From contig JANXWL010000133.1 of assembly GCA_025351225.1 (NCBI GenBank), forward strand, positions 1 to 54,754: DNA of 54,754 nt. Direction: 5' to 3'. Position 1 is the stretch's first letter, and every line of letters begins with the position of its first letter. Source of the DNA: Methylotenera sp. (lineage in GTDB: Bacteria > Pseudomonadota > Gammaproteobacteria > Burkholderiales > Methylophilaceae). The translations under genes and the position numbers were made by a program. The notes below the pieces were generated by a model that was given only the letters and a program-made list of their open reading frames with translations, did no database searches and was not told the DNA's origin. Positions 1 to 9,104 of the stretch are shown here, piece by piece.

Positions 1-467
1 CGCTAGACGATAAAGCTGTGCCTATGCAGCCGCTGCTAATCCCAGTAAGTTTTAATGCAGATAGATTAGAAGTTGCTACTGTGCAAGAGGCGCTTGCAAC
101 AAATGATAGTAGCCTGCAACAGTTAGGGTTTGATATCGCCATTCTCTCACCCACCACGCTTGCGGTACGCGCCGTGCCCACCATGTTACAAAATGCAGAT
201 ACCGTACAATTAGCCAGAGATGTACTAAAAGATTTACGCGAGTACGGCGCTTCACGTGCGCTTACCGAGCGTAGAAACGAGCTGCTTGGCACCATGGCTT
301 GCCACGCGGCTGTTAGAGCCAATCGTAATTTAACAGTGCAGGAAATGAACGCGCTACTGCGTGATATGGAAGCCACAGAGCGCAGCGGCATGTGCAACCA
401 CGGCCGCCCAACTTGGTTTCAGGTCAGTATGAGTGACTTGGATAAGATGTTTTTGAGAGGAAAATGA
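1..467 (+). CDS. mutL: DNA mismatch repair protein MutL, C-terminal fragment (5' truncated by window)
   Basis: MACHAAVRAN and CNHGRP motifs of the MutL C-terminal endonuclease domain. Frame is open back to base 3. Lies upstream of miaA. Confidence 0.95.
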   Translation, partial: LDDKAVPMQPLLIPVSFNADRLEVATVQEALATNDSSLQQLGFDIAILSPTTLAVRAVPTMLQNADTVQLARDVLKDLREYGASRALTERRNELLGTMACHAAVRANRNLTVQEMNALLRDMEATERSGMCNHGRPTWFQVSMSDLDKMFLRGK

Positions 468-1027
468 TGGCAGATAAAAGCACACTTGATTATGTGATTG
501 CTATAGGTAGCATTTCAACACCAATACTTATATTGATATTAACAGCTATAGGGTGGAAGCTAAAAGCTAGCACTGAGAGAAGGCTAGAGTTAGAAAATAA
601 ACTCCGAGATGACCGCATTAAAGTTTATAACCAAATTCTTGAACCTTTCATAATCATTTTAATGAGTGATGCAGCTTGGCAGGTAGATAAAAAATATAAA
701 AATGTAGATAAAATTGCTTTTGCAACATCAAAAATGCTGTCTTTAGAATATCGGGAGTCTAGTTTTAGATTGGCTTTAATGGCTCCAGACCCTCTTGTAG
801 AGTCTTATAATAATTTGATGCAACATTTTTTCAATTCAGCCGACAGCAAGGAGCCTAGTAGTATTAATGGATATACGGTGATGGTTAAATTACTGGGGAA
901 CTTTTTAATCGAGATAAGGAAAAGTATGGGTAATGAAAGTACAAAGTTAAATCACTGGGATATGTGTGAGTTTTGGTTGACTGATGCTAGGAAGTTGAAA
1001 GAAGGTACTTTGGTAATTAAGGATTAA
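464..1027 (+). CDS. Hypothetical protein with N-terminal transmembrane helix
   Basis: 187-aa ORF with ATGA overlap on the mutL stop. Hydrophobic [21 protein letters not shown]. Visibly more AT-rich than the flanks. Confidence 0.8.
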   Translation: MMADKSTLDYVIAIGSISTPILILILTAIGWKLKASTERRLELENKLRDDRIKVYNQILEPFIIILMSDAAWQVDKKYKNVDKIAFATSKMLSLEYRESSFRLALMAPDPLVESYNNLMQHFFNSADSKEPSSINGYTVMVKLLGNFLIEIRKSMGNESTKLNHWDMCEFWLTDARKLKEGTLVIKD

Positions 1028-1029
1028 GA

Positions 1030-1965
1030 ATTTTACAGCCTGCAATTTTTGTTATGGGCCCAACCGCTAGTGGCAAGACTGGTGCGGCGGTTCATTTGCA
1101 TTCAAAGCTTCCCATTGAAATTATCAGCGTTGACTCTGCATTGGTATTTAAAGACATGAATATCGGCACCGCCAAGCCAGATTCAGCAACGCTGGCAAGC
1201 GCACCGCATCATTTGATTGATATGATTCCGCCTACGGAGGCCTATTCTGCGGCGAACTTTCGTAGCGATGCATTGCGCTTGATGGCAGAGATTACTGCGC
1301 GCGGCAAAATTCCCTTATTGATAGGCGGCACCATGTTGTATTTTAAGGCGCTAGAAGGCGGCTTAAGCGGCTTGCCAGAGGCGAACCAAGGCGTACGTGC
1401 CAAGTTAGACGCAGAAGCTGCACAAATAGGCTGGCCAGCCATGCATAGCAAGCTTGCGAACATCGACCCAGAAACCGCCGCGCGCTTAATGCCAAACGAT
1501 ATGCAGCGCATACAACGTGCGTTGGAGGTGTATGAAATCACAGGCGAAACCATGTCTAGCTTATTTGCTAAACAAACCAGCGAAGCACTACCTTATAAAG
1601 TGTTAAAAATCGCGTTGGTGCCAAGTGACCGTAAAGTGCTGCACGCGCGGATTGAAGCGCGCTTTGAGCAGATGTTACAAGCTGGTTTTGTGGATGAAGT
1701 TAGAGCGTTGCAAGTCAAATATCCTGAATTAACAGCCGATTCAACTTCAATGCGCTGTGTGGGCTATCGTCAGGCTTTAGAGTATCTGGCAGGCGATTAT
1801 GATGTGGCAGAATTACGTGATAGAGGCATTTTTGCTACGCGCCAGCTGGCAAAACGCCAACTCACATGGTTGAGAGGTATGGATGATATTTTGGAGTTAG
1901 ATTGTCTAAATCCACAACTGAATGAATTGGTATTTAATGAAATAAATCAATTTATTAGAGAGTAA
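1030..1965 (+). CDS. miaA: tRNA dimethylallyltransferase (start uncertain: ATT at 1030 or ATG at 1054)
   Basis: GPTASGKT P-loop, [16 protein letters not shown] and [11 protein letters not shown] motifs. In-frame upstream codons read ILQPAIFV. Confidence 0.95.
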   Translation: MLQPAIFVMGPTASGKTGAAVHLHSKLPIEIISVDSALVFKDMNIGTAKPDSATLASAPHHLIDMIPPTEAYSAANFRSDALRLMAEITARGKIPLLIGGTMLYFKALEGGLSGLPEANQGVRAKLDAEAAQIGWPAMHSKLANIDPETAARLMPNDMQRIQRALEVYEITGETMSSLFAKQTSEALPYKVLKIALVPSDRKVLHARIEARFEQMLQAGFVDEVRALQVKYPELTADSTSMRCVGYRQALEYLAGDYDVAELRDRGIFATRQLAKRQLTWLRGMDDILELDCLNPQLNELVFNEINQFIRE

Positions 1966-1986
1966 ACCTAATAAATTAATTTAAGT

Positions 1987-3171
1987 TCAAGAGATCATGT
2001 TTTGAATCCGTTTTGCCGCTTCAGCACATTCATCTATACTCGCCACCAATGCAAGCCTAATAAAACCTGCACCTGGATTTATTCCATTGGCGTCACGCGC
2101 CAACAAGCTCCCTGGAAGCACGGTAATATTTAAATCGCGATACAGTTTTACCGCAAAATTAGTGTCATTTCCCATAGTTTTTGCCCAAAGATAAAATGCC
2201 GCATCGGGCATTTCTACTTGTAACGCGCTGCTTAGCATCGGCGTGACGTTATTAAATTTTTCTGCGTAAAGCCTGCGATTTTCAATCACATGATTTTCAT
2301 CATTCCAAGCCGCGATACTGGCCATTTGCACAGCTGGGCTCATTGCTGAACCATGGTAGGTGCGGTAGAGCAGAAATTTAGCGATTAAATCAGGGTCGCC
2401 TGCTACAAAGCCAGAACGCATGCCTGGCACATTAGAGCGTTTTGACAGGGAGCTGAAAATGATTAAGTTTTTATAACTGCGACCCAGTAAATGCGCGGCT
2501 TGTAGCGCGCCTAGCGGTGGCATTGTTTCGTCAAAATAGATTTCTGAGTAGCATTCATCTGCGGCAATGATAAAGTTATACTGGTCTGATAATGCAAATA
2601 TGTCTTTCCACTGCGCTAAGGTCATTACCTTGCCAGATGGGTTGCCTGGGCTGCATACATAGACCAATTGCGTGCGTTTTAATACGTCCACTGGTACGCT
2701 GGCAAAATCCATCGCATGGTTATTTTCAACGGTGGTATTTAAAAAATAAGGCTGCGCACCAGCCAAAAACGCTGCGCCTTCGTAAATTTGGTAAAACGGA
2801 TTCGGCGAAATGACAATTGGGCTTGGTTTTGAGCGATCAATTACTACCTGTGCTACAGCAAATAATGCCTCGCGGCTACCAATCACAGGTAAAATCTCGG
2901 TTTCAGGGTTGAGCAGTGGAATGCTGTAGCGGCGGGTTGCCCAGTTGGCAATTGCTTCGCGTAGCGCGGTTACACCCAATGTTGTCGGGTAAGTAGCTAA
3001 ACCACTTAAGTTCTGCGTTAGTGCGTCTTTAATCAGCTGTGGCGTGGCATGTTTGGGCTCGCCAATAGAAAGATTAATGTTGTTATACGCTGGGTTTGGT
3101 GTGATGCCTGCAAATAAATCACGCAGGCGTTGAAACGGGTAGGGCTGCAACAAATTAAGGTTTGGATTCAT
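1987..3171 (-). CDS. dapC: Succinyldiaminopimelate transaminase (PLP class I/II)
   Basis: LQPYPF N-terminus, LSIGEPKH, DECYSEIY and SLSKRSNVPGMRSG with the PLP lysine. Confidence 0.88.
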   Translation of the reverse strand: MNPNLNLLQPYPFQRLRDLFAGITPNPAYNNINLSIGEPKHATPQLIKDALTQNLSGLATYPTTLGVTALREAIANWATRRYSIPLLNPETEILPVIGSREALFAVAQVVIDRSKPSPIVISPNPFYQIYEGAAFLAGAQPYFLNTTVENNHAMDFASVPVDVLKRTQLVYVCSPGNPSGKVMTLAQWKDIFALSDQYNFIIAADECYSEIYFDETMPPLGALQAAHLLGRSYKNLIIFSSLSKRSNVPGMRSGFVAGDPDLIAKFLLYRTYHGSAMSPAVQMASIAAWNDENHVIENRRLYAEKFNNVTPMLSSALQVEMPDAAFYLWAKTMGNDTNFAVKLYRDLNITVLPGSLLARDANGINPGAGFIRLALVASIDECAEAAKRIQNMIS

Positions 3172-3198
3172 AGGCGTTATTATAATTTAGGATATTGT

Positions 3199-4113
3199 GT
3201 GAGCACGCAAAATAAGCAAAATAAAAATAAGCAAAATCAAAATACGTTAGCGATTCTTGGTTTGCTGTTTGGCGCGACTAGCTGGGGCGTGATTTGGTAT
3301 CCGTATCGCTTAATGAGCGAGGCAGGCGTATCGGGTGTAGCGGCCAGCTTTTATACCTATAGCATTGCGGTTTTGATGGGTGTTTTACTGTTTGCCAAGC
3401 ATTGGCGCGGCCTATTTAACTTGCCTAAAAGCATAGTTATACTCAGCTTAATTGCAGGCTGGTCTAACTTAGGCTATGTGATGGCGGTGGTGCATGGCGA
3501 GGTAATGCGCGTGATGCTGCTATTTTATTTATCGCCACTATGGACACTGATTTTAGCGCATTTTTGGTTAAAAGAGCCGATTAGCCGCGCAGGCGTATTT
3601 GCCATTGCGTTATCGTTAATTGGTGCGTTTATTATGTTGTGGCAGCCTAACTCTTGGCCGTTTCCACATAGTACATCCGATTGGCTGGCGATTTCTGCAG
3701 GGCTTTGTTTTGCGCTAACCAACGTGATTACGCGCAAATCGCATCACTTAAGTTTGCGCGCTAAATCGCTAGCAGTATGGCTGGGTGTAGTGATTACAGC
3801 ATTGATTTGTAAACCTTTTGTGCAGCCTATAATCGGCGAGCAATTTCCTGGCTTAAGTTTTTTTAGCCTTACGCAATGGTTAGTGATGAGCTTGGTTGCT
3901 GTGTTGCTGGTTGCGGTGACCTTGGCGGTGCAATATAGCGTAACGCAAATGAGTGCCACGCGCGCCTCGGTGATTTTTTTGTTTGAGTTGGTAGTGGCCG
4001 CATTTGCCTCGTATTACTTAGCGCACGAGGCAATGACTTGGAACGAATGGCTGGGTGGTGGCTTAATTATTGCCGCTGCCTTAATTGCATCACTTAATCA
4101 CCAAGCCGATTAG
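3199..4113 (+). CDS. DMT/EamA family transporter
   Basis: About 10 hydrophobic helices. GTG at 3199 preceded by AGGA. The longer ORF start at 3130 overlaps dapC. Confidence 0.85.
   Translation: MSTQNKQNKNKQNQNTLAILGLLFGATSWGVIWYPYRLMSEAGVSGVAASFYTYSIAVLMGVLLFAKHWRGLFNLPKSIVILSLIAGWSNLGYVMAVVHGEVMRVMLLFYLSPLWTLILAHFWLKEPISRAGVFAIALSLIGAFIMLWQPNSWPFPHSTSDWLAISAGLCFALTNVITRKSHHLSLRAKSLAVWLGVVITALICKPFVQPIIGEQFPGLSFFSLTQWLVMSLVAVLLVAVTLAVQYSVTQMSATRASVIFLFELVVAAFASYYLAHEAMTWNEWLGGGLIIAAALIASLNHQAD
3208..3243 (+). repeat. Low-complexity CAAAAT/AATAAG repeats encoding QNKQNKNKQNQN
   Basis: caaaataagcaaaataaaaataagcaaaatcaaaat read directly. Confidence 0.6.
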
Positions 4114-5204
4114 CCGCCAAATCCGCCTGCTTGGCCTTCAGCCGCAAAACGTATTTTTAGAGATAAATCGTTGCGCGAATCGGCATTGGCTAGTGCTTCT
4201 TCTTCATTAATTTTGCCATTGGCAAATAATTTAAATAAGGCTTGGTCAAAGGTATTCATACCAATATCGTTGTTGTCGGCCATGATTTCTTTCATCTCGC
4301 CCAATTTTTGTTTCTGAATGAGTTCAGCAACATAAGGCGTATTAATCAATACTTCAACTGCAGCCACACGTTTTTGTACTTTGCCAGGGATTAAGCGTTG
4401 CGAAACTATACCAACTAAATTAAGTGAAACGCCAAGCAGCAAGCCATGTTTGGCGTCAGTTGGGAAGAATGAAAGTATGCGCTCCAGTGCTTGGTTGGCA
4501 TTGTTAGCATGCAGGGTGGCCAAGCATAAATGGCCTGTTTCGGCATAGGTAAGTGCTTGTTGCATGCCGTTCATATCGCGCACTTCGCCAATTAAAATCA
4601 CGTCTGGTGCTTGGCGCATAGCATTTTTAAGCGCGTTTTCAAAACTCAAAGTATCAATGCCTACTTCGCGTTGATCGACGACCGATTTTTTATGCTGGTA
4701 CACAAACTCAATTGGGTCTTCAATCGTGACAATATGACCACTTTCATTGGTGTTGCGGTAATCAATCATCGAGGCTAGCGTGGTTGATTTACCAGAGCCT
4801 GTTGAGCCAACCACTAGCACCAGCCCACGTTTACGCATAATAAGCTCACGCAAAATCATGGGTAAACCCAAGCTTTCAAAATCAGGTATATCGGTTTTAA
4901 TGTGGCGAATGACCATACCCACTTCGCCGCGTTGCTTAAAAATATTCACGCGAAAACGGCCAATATCTTTGCGGCCAATGGCAAAATTGCACTCTAAAGT
5001 TGATTCAAACTCGGCTGTTTGTGCAGGGCTCATAATCGCATAAGCGATTTCTTTGACCATGCCAGGTGTCATTTTTTGCGCATTGACTGGCATGGTTTCA
5101 CCATCAACATCCATGTGAATCGCTGCACCTGTGCTAAAAAATAGGTCAGAGCCGCCTTTTTCAGTCATAAATTTAAGCACGGGGGTAATATCGATTGCTG
5201 CCAT
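4110..5204 (-). CDS. pilU: Type IV pilus retraction ATPase, PilT/PilU family (PilU-like)
   Basis: Walker A GSTGSGKST, Asp box TIEDPIE, Walker B ILIGEVRD, His box TLHANNANQA (PilU-type). Confidence 0.85.
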   Translation of the reverse strand: MAAIDITPVLKFMTEKGGSDLFFSTGAAIHMDVDGETMPVNAQKMTPGMVKEIAYAIMSPAQTAEFESTLECNFAIGRKDIGRFRVNIFKQRGEVGMVIRHIKTDIPDFESLGLPMILRELIMRKRGLVLVVGSTGSGKSTTLASMIDYRNTNESGHIVTIEDPIEFVYQHKKSVVDQREVGIDTLSFENALKNAMRQAPDVILIGEVRDMNGMQQALTYAETGHLCLATLHANNANQALERILSFFPTDAKHGLLLGVSLNLVGIVSQRLIPGKVQKRVAAVEVLINTPYVAELIQKQKLGEMKEIMADNNDIGMNTFDQALFKLFANGKINEEEALANADSRNDLSLKIRFAAEGQAGGFGG

Positions 5205-5268
5205 GGTGTTTCCTGTTATTGGGATTATTTTTACTGTATCACTTTTACTTTATCATAAGGCTTGTGTT

Positions 5269-7128
5269 TCAGATAGCCTGTTGTTTCCAAATGTGACGGT
5301 ATTGCTGCTCTAAATCGCAGGCAAATTGTGCCGCATCAAATAGTTGGCTAACATCTAGTTTCTGTTTAATTAGCGTTAATTTTTCTGCATTTTGTGCTAA
5401 CTCGAGTGCTTTTTGTTCATACTCATGCAAAGAGTGCATGATCAGCTCTGGCAGATTAGCTCGCTCTAGCAAGCTTGCAGCTACGCGGCTGGCAAAGGTA
5501 TCACCTATGCAAGTAAGCACGGGTAAGCACATAAAAAGTGCGTCGCTGGCAGTGGTGTGGGCATTGTAGGGCAGGGTGTCTAAAAATAAGTCGGCATGCG
5601 CGTGGCGCGCTATATGGTTTTCTATGGATGTGCGCGGTGCAAAAATTAATCTATTGTTATCGACCCCAGCGTTTTTCGCAGCCATTTGTAAATTGGTGCT
5701 TGCCCACTGGTTGCAATCGAGCAGCCACAGCACGCTGTTGGGCGTTTGTTTGAGTATGCGCATCCATACTGCAAATACTTCAGCGGTGATTTTAAAGCTT
5801 TGGTTAAAACAACAAAATACAAAAGCGTTTTCGGGCAAATGATGTGAGGTTTTAGCGCTACTTTCACCAATGGGTCGTTGGCTATTATTGGGCTGATAAC
5901 AGGGTAAATACAAGACTTTTTCGCTAAAGTCTGCCGTATTTGGTGCGATTGTTTTATCAGCAATAATGTAATCAAACAGCGGCTTACCAGCGAGCTCGTC
6001 TTTTATTTCACCCATGCTGCCAGGAAAGCCTAGCCAATTCACACTAATTGGCGCAGGCTTAAGCACCACAAGGCCTGTGCGGCTATTTTGCGTGTAGCCG
6101 GTTAAATCGACCAAAATATCGATATTATCTTGAGCAATTTTTGTTGCCGCATTGGCATCATTCATTAAAGTAATATCATTAAAATGATCAAATGCCTTCT
6201 CAAGCCGCTTGCGTGCAAGGGTTTTGTCGTTAGCACCATAAGAGTAGGCGAAGGTTTCAAACTGCGTTTTATCGTGATTTTCGATCAGCTCGGTGATTAA
6301 AAATGCCAGCGGATGCAGCCTGAAATCGGCTGATAAGTAGCCAATTTTTAGTTTGGTTTTAGCCGTTTTTTTATGCTGAAAGTTAAGTTTTTTTCTTAAA
6401 TCAAGCAAATGCGAAAACGCAGTATTAGCATAATTGCTTGCGCATTTTTTTTGCTCAAGCATAGTGGTGTTAGGCATGGCTACAAACGCAAAAGGCGAAA
6501 CTTGCGCGCTTGATTTTGTATTTACTAGGTCGCATAACTGTTTGATTTGTTTTTCTAACGTGATTGATTGATTGCCAACCCAATCGCAAATATGCTGCCT
6601 TTGATGCACCAAGTGCGCGAGTGCATGATGCAAGTTTGGATTTAGTTGTAATGCGGTTTCGTAACATAAAATGGCTTTATCTAGCTGGCCTAACTCACGC
6701 AAAATATTGCCTAAATTGTTGTGCACATCAGCATCATTTGGGTCTAGTTTGATGGATTGTTTAAAGCTTGCAGCGGCTTTTTGTATTTGACCAAGCTCGC
6801 GTTGTGCGTTGCCTAAGTTGTACCAAAAAATAGCGTTATTGGGCAAGTATGTTATTGCTTCTGCAAAACTGGCTTCGGCTTGTATAAAGTAGCCATTTTG
6901 GTGTGCAAGGTTTCCCAGTGATTGCAGCGCAAAACATAGCGCATTAATGGCCGACATATTATTTTTAAGCAGGCGTACAATGCGCCTGAAATAGCCTGCA
7001 GCCTCTTCAAAACGCCCCAATTCTATGCACAAATTGCCGCACATAATTTGTGCGTCTAAATCTTTTGGGTTGTGCAGTAAAGCTTGCTGGTAATGTTTTA
7101 GCGCGGTTTCGGTTTCGATATTTTGCAT
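5269..7128 (-). CDS. TPR-containing O-GlcNAc transferase-like protein (GT41/SPINDLY family)
   Basis: N-terminal TPRs (YNLGNAQRELG, HNNLGNILRELG). GT41 motifs IGYLSADFRLHP, WLGFPG, FNQSFKI and DTLPYNAHTTASDAL. Confidence 0.88.
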   Translation of the reverse strand: MQNIETETALKHYQQALLHNPKDLDAQIMCGNLCIELGRFEEAAGYFRRIVRLLKNNMSAINALCFALQSLGNLAHQNGYFIQAEASFAEAITYLPNNAIFWYNLGNAQRELGQIQKAAASFKQSIKLDPNDADVHNNLGNILRELGQLDKAILCYETALQLNPNLHHALAHLVHQRQHICDWVGNQSITLEKQIKQLCDLVNTKSSAQVSPFAFVAMPNTTMLEQKKCASNYANTAFSHLLDLRKKLNFQHKKTAKTKLKIGYLSADFRLHPLAFLITELIENHDKTQFETFAYSYGANDKTLARKRLEKAFDHFNDITLMNDANAATKIAQDNIDILVDLTGYTQNSRTGLVVLKPAPISVNWLGFPGSMGEIKDELAGKPLFDYIIADKTIAPNTADFSEKVLYLPCYQPNNSQRPIGESSAKTSHHLPENAFVFCCFNQSFKITAEVFAVWMRILKQTPNSVLWLLDCNQWASTNLQMAAKNAGVDNNRLIFAPRTSIENHIARHAHADLFLDTLPYNAHTTASDALFMCLPVLTCIGDTFASRVAASLLERANLPELIMHSLHEYEQKALELAQNAEKLTLIKQKLDVSQLFDAAQFACDLEQQYRHIWKQQAI

Positions 7129-7159
7129 GGCGCAATTTTAAACCAAATAGTCTTTTAAA

Positions 7160-8362
7160 CTAAGTATAAAGCGAAGCTGCCAATTGCTTTAAACCCAATT
7201 TGCGCAACAAAAAGCGGCTGGGGTTCATACTGCTGGCGAGTTTTACATCTAACGGTAGCGGCGTTTTTGTGATTAAACTGGCCACAAGCTCGCCGCACAT
7301 TGGTGCGGTAATCATACCCTTTGAGCCGTGACCCGCATTGACAAACAAGCCTTGCAACCAAGGCAAATCGGCAGGATTCGCATTGTAGCGTAGTGGGTGT
7401 ACGCGCAGCTTTTCTTCATCAATTAACTGCCCTGCAAGCGGCATGTAATCAAGCGTTTGGCTGCGCCAGGCAACACGTGCTTGAGTATCTTTTTGCTTAA
7501 TAGATGCAACAATTTCAGGTGAAATATCGTGTAAGGCGACCAAGTTTTGCTGACTATCTTGGGCTGAAACATCTACATTCATATCGTTTGGCGCATAACT
7601 TGTGCCAAATGAATGGTAGCCATCTACAGCAGGGCTTAAAAAGTGGTCGCTACACACAATGGTTTTTAATGCTCGACTACTTGCATTTTCGGCAAAAAAA
7701 TTCACCTGCCCGCGAACTGGCGTGATGGCGGCACTTTTACAAAAACCAAATTGTTTAATTTCGTTTGCATTGCAAATCACAATATTTTCTGCATCTATTA
7801 CGTCATCTTTAAGCTGTATTTGCCAGCCATTTTGGTGAGGCATAATAGCCAAAACCTGCTGCGCAGTTTGCACTTTAATTAATGGATGGCTACATAATGC
7901 TGTGCATAATAATCGCGGATTTACCCAGCCAGCTTGCGGTAAAAAAATACCTTCCATTTTTAGCGTAATACCCGCTATTTCGCTGGCTTCTACGCTATTT
8001 ACAAACCTAAAAAAATGATAATTTTTATACCAATACTCTTCTTGTCTAAGAGCATCTTGTTTAGCGCTTTCAGCATCATTATGCGCTAATTGAATTTGCC
8101 CGCAGGCGTTAAAAAATTGCGAATGATTGGATAAACTATGCAATAAACGTAACGTAAAATCAAAGCTATGGCCAGCGAGCAGACTTTGTAAGCTAGCTTT
8201 AAAACTCAGTTTTGGGTAAAGCATTGCGAGCGGATTGCCTGATGCTTCTTGGGCTATGTTCTCGTGCCGTTCAACTAATGTTACAGCAATACCACGCTGC
8301 GCCAGTGCATACGCTGTGCTACAGCCCGCAATGCCAGCCCCTATTACAATAGCGCTAGTCAA
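7160..8362 (-). CDS. mnmC: FAD-dependent cmnm5s2U34 oxidoreductase (stand-alone MnmC oxidase domain)
   Basis: VIGAGIAG dinucleotide motif, EASGN, PVRGQV and GHGSKG. TTG start overlaps the upstream gene. Confidence 0.88.
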   Translation of the reverse strand: MTSAIVIGAGIAGCSTAYALAQRGIAVTLVERHENIAQEASGNPLAMLYPKLSFKASLQSLLAGHSFDFTLRLLHSLSNHSQFFNACGQIQLAHNDAESAKQDALRQEEYWYKNYHFFRFVNSVEASEIAGITLKMEGIFLPQAGWVNPRLLCTALCSHPLIKVQTAQQVLAIMPHQNGWQIQLKDDVIDAENIVICNANEIKQFGFCKSAAITPVRGQVNFFAENASSRALKTIVCSDHFLSPAVDGYHSFGTSYAPNDMNVDVSAQDSQQNLVALHDISPEIVASIKQKDTQARVAWRSQTLDYMPLAGQLIDEEKLRVHPLRYNANPADLPWLQGLFVNAGHGSKGMITAPMCGELVASLITKTPLPLDVKLASSMNPSRFLLRKLGLKQLAASLYT

Positions 8363-9095
8363 GTGGTTTGCCTAAAGAAAAATTATCGGTAAAACAGCCA
8401 TGCAGCATTTCACGTTTTTTGCCGAAGCCAGCGCGTTTACTCACCTTAAAGCCAGCTGCCTGCAAACCACGTCGCACCGCACCAGCACTGGTGAAAGTGG
8501 CGAGCGTTGTTTGCACGTGCGATAAGCGTGCCATTTGAGAAAATAGTGTTTCACCCCACATGTCAGGGTTTTTGGCGGGCGCAAAGCCATCTAAAAACCA
8601 AGCATCTGCTTTATGTTGAAAACCACTTAAACATTGGCTTGCATCGCCAATCATTAGCGTTAATTTCACGCGTTGGTTAAATAAACGAATCGTTTTTCTG
8701 CTTAATATTTGGGGGTATTGCGCAATTAAATCAGCAGTTAGAAGTTGCAAGCTAGGGAAAAGTTGCAAGGCTTTGACTAAGTCATGCAAGCTAAGTGGAT
8801 ACTTTTCTACGCTAATAAAGTGCAGTGTGGATTGAGCTGGCGCGATGTTGAGCCATAATTGTGCAGCGCATAAAAAATTTAAGCCTGTGCCAAAGCCTGT
8901 TTCAATAATGGTGAACTGGTTTAAAGTGTTAAATCGCTCAGCTAAAGCATTACCTTGCAAAAACACATACTCGGTTTCATTTAAGCCATCATCAGACGAA
9001 AAATAGACGTCATTAAACAGGCTAGAATAGGGCTGCGGATCACCATTTTCATTTAGGTGCCAAGTAATGTGGGCTTCATTATTTTGCATGCCCAC
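8355..9095 (-). CDS. mnmD: tRNA (mnm5s2U34) methyltransferase (stand-alone MnmC methyltransferase domain)
   Basis: FNDVYFS, ETGFGTGLNF, DAWFLDGFAPAKNPDMW and GFGKKREML motifs. Confidence 0.9.
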   Translation of the reverse strand: MGMQNNEAHITWHLNENGDPQPYSSLFNDVYFSSDDGLNETEYVFLQGNALAERFNTLNQFTIIETGFGTGLNFLCAAQLWLNIAPAQSTLHFISVEKYPLSLHDLVKALQLFPSLQLLTADLIAQYPQILSRKTIRLFNQRVKLTLMIGDASQCLSGFQHKADAWFLDGFAPAKNPDMWGETLFSQMARLSHVQTTLATFTSAGAVRRGLQAAGFKVSKRAGFGKKREMLHGCFTDNFSLGKPLD

Positions 9096-9104
9096 ATTTT
9101 AACA

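Noticed and set aside
3130-3198. Extended N-terminus of the DMT transporter (similarly the extended starts at 10409, 17743, 20055 and 31340)
   Set aside because: They overlap neighbouring genes or lack an RBS. Downstream starts have a better RBS or translational coupling.
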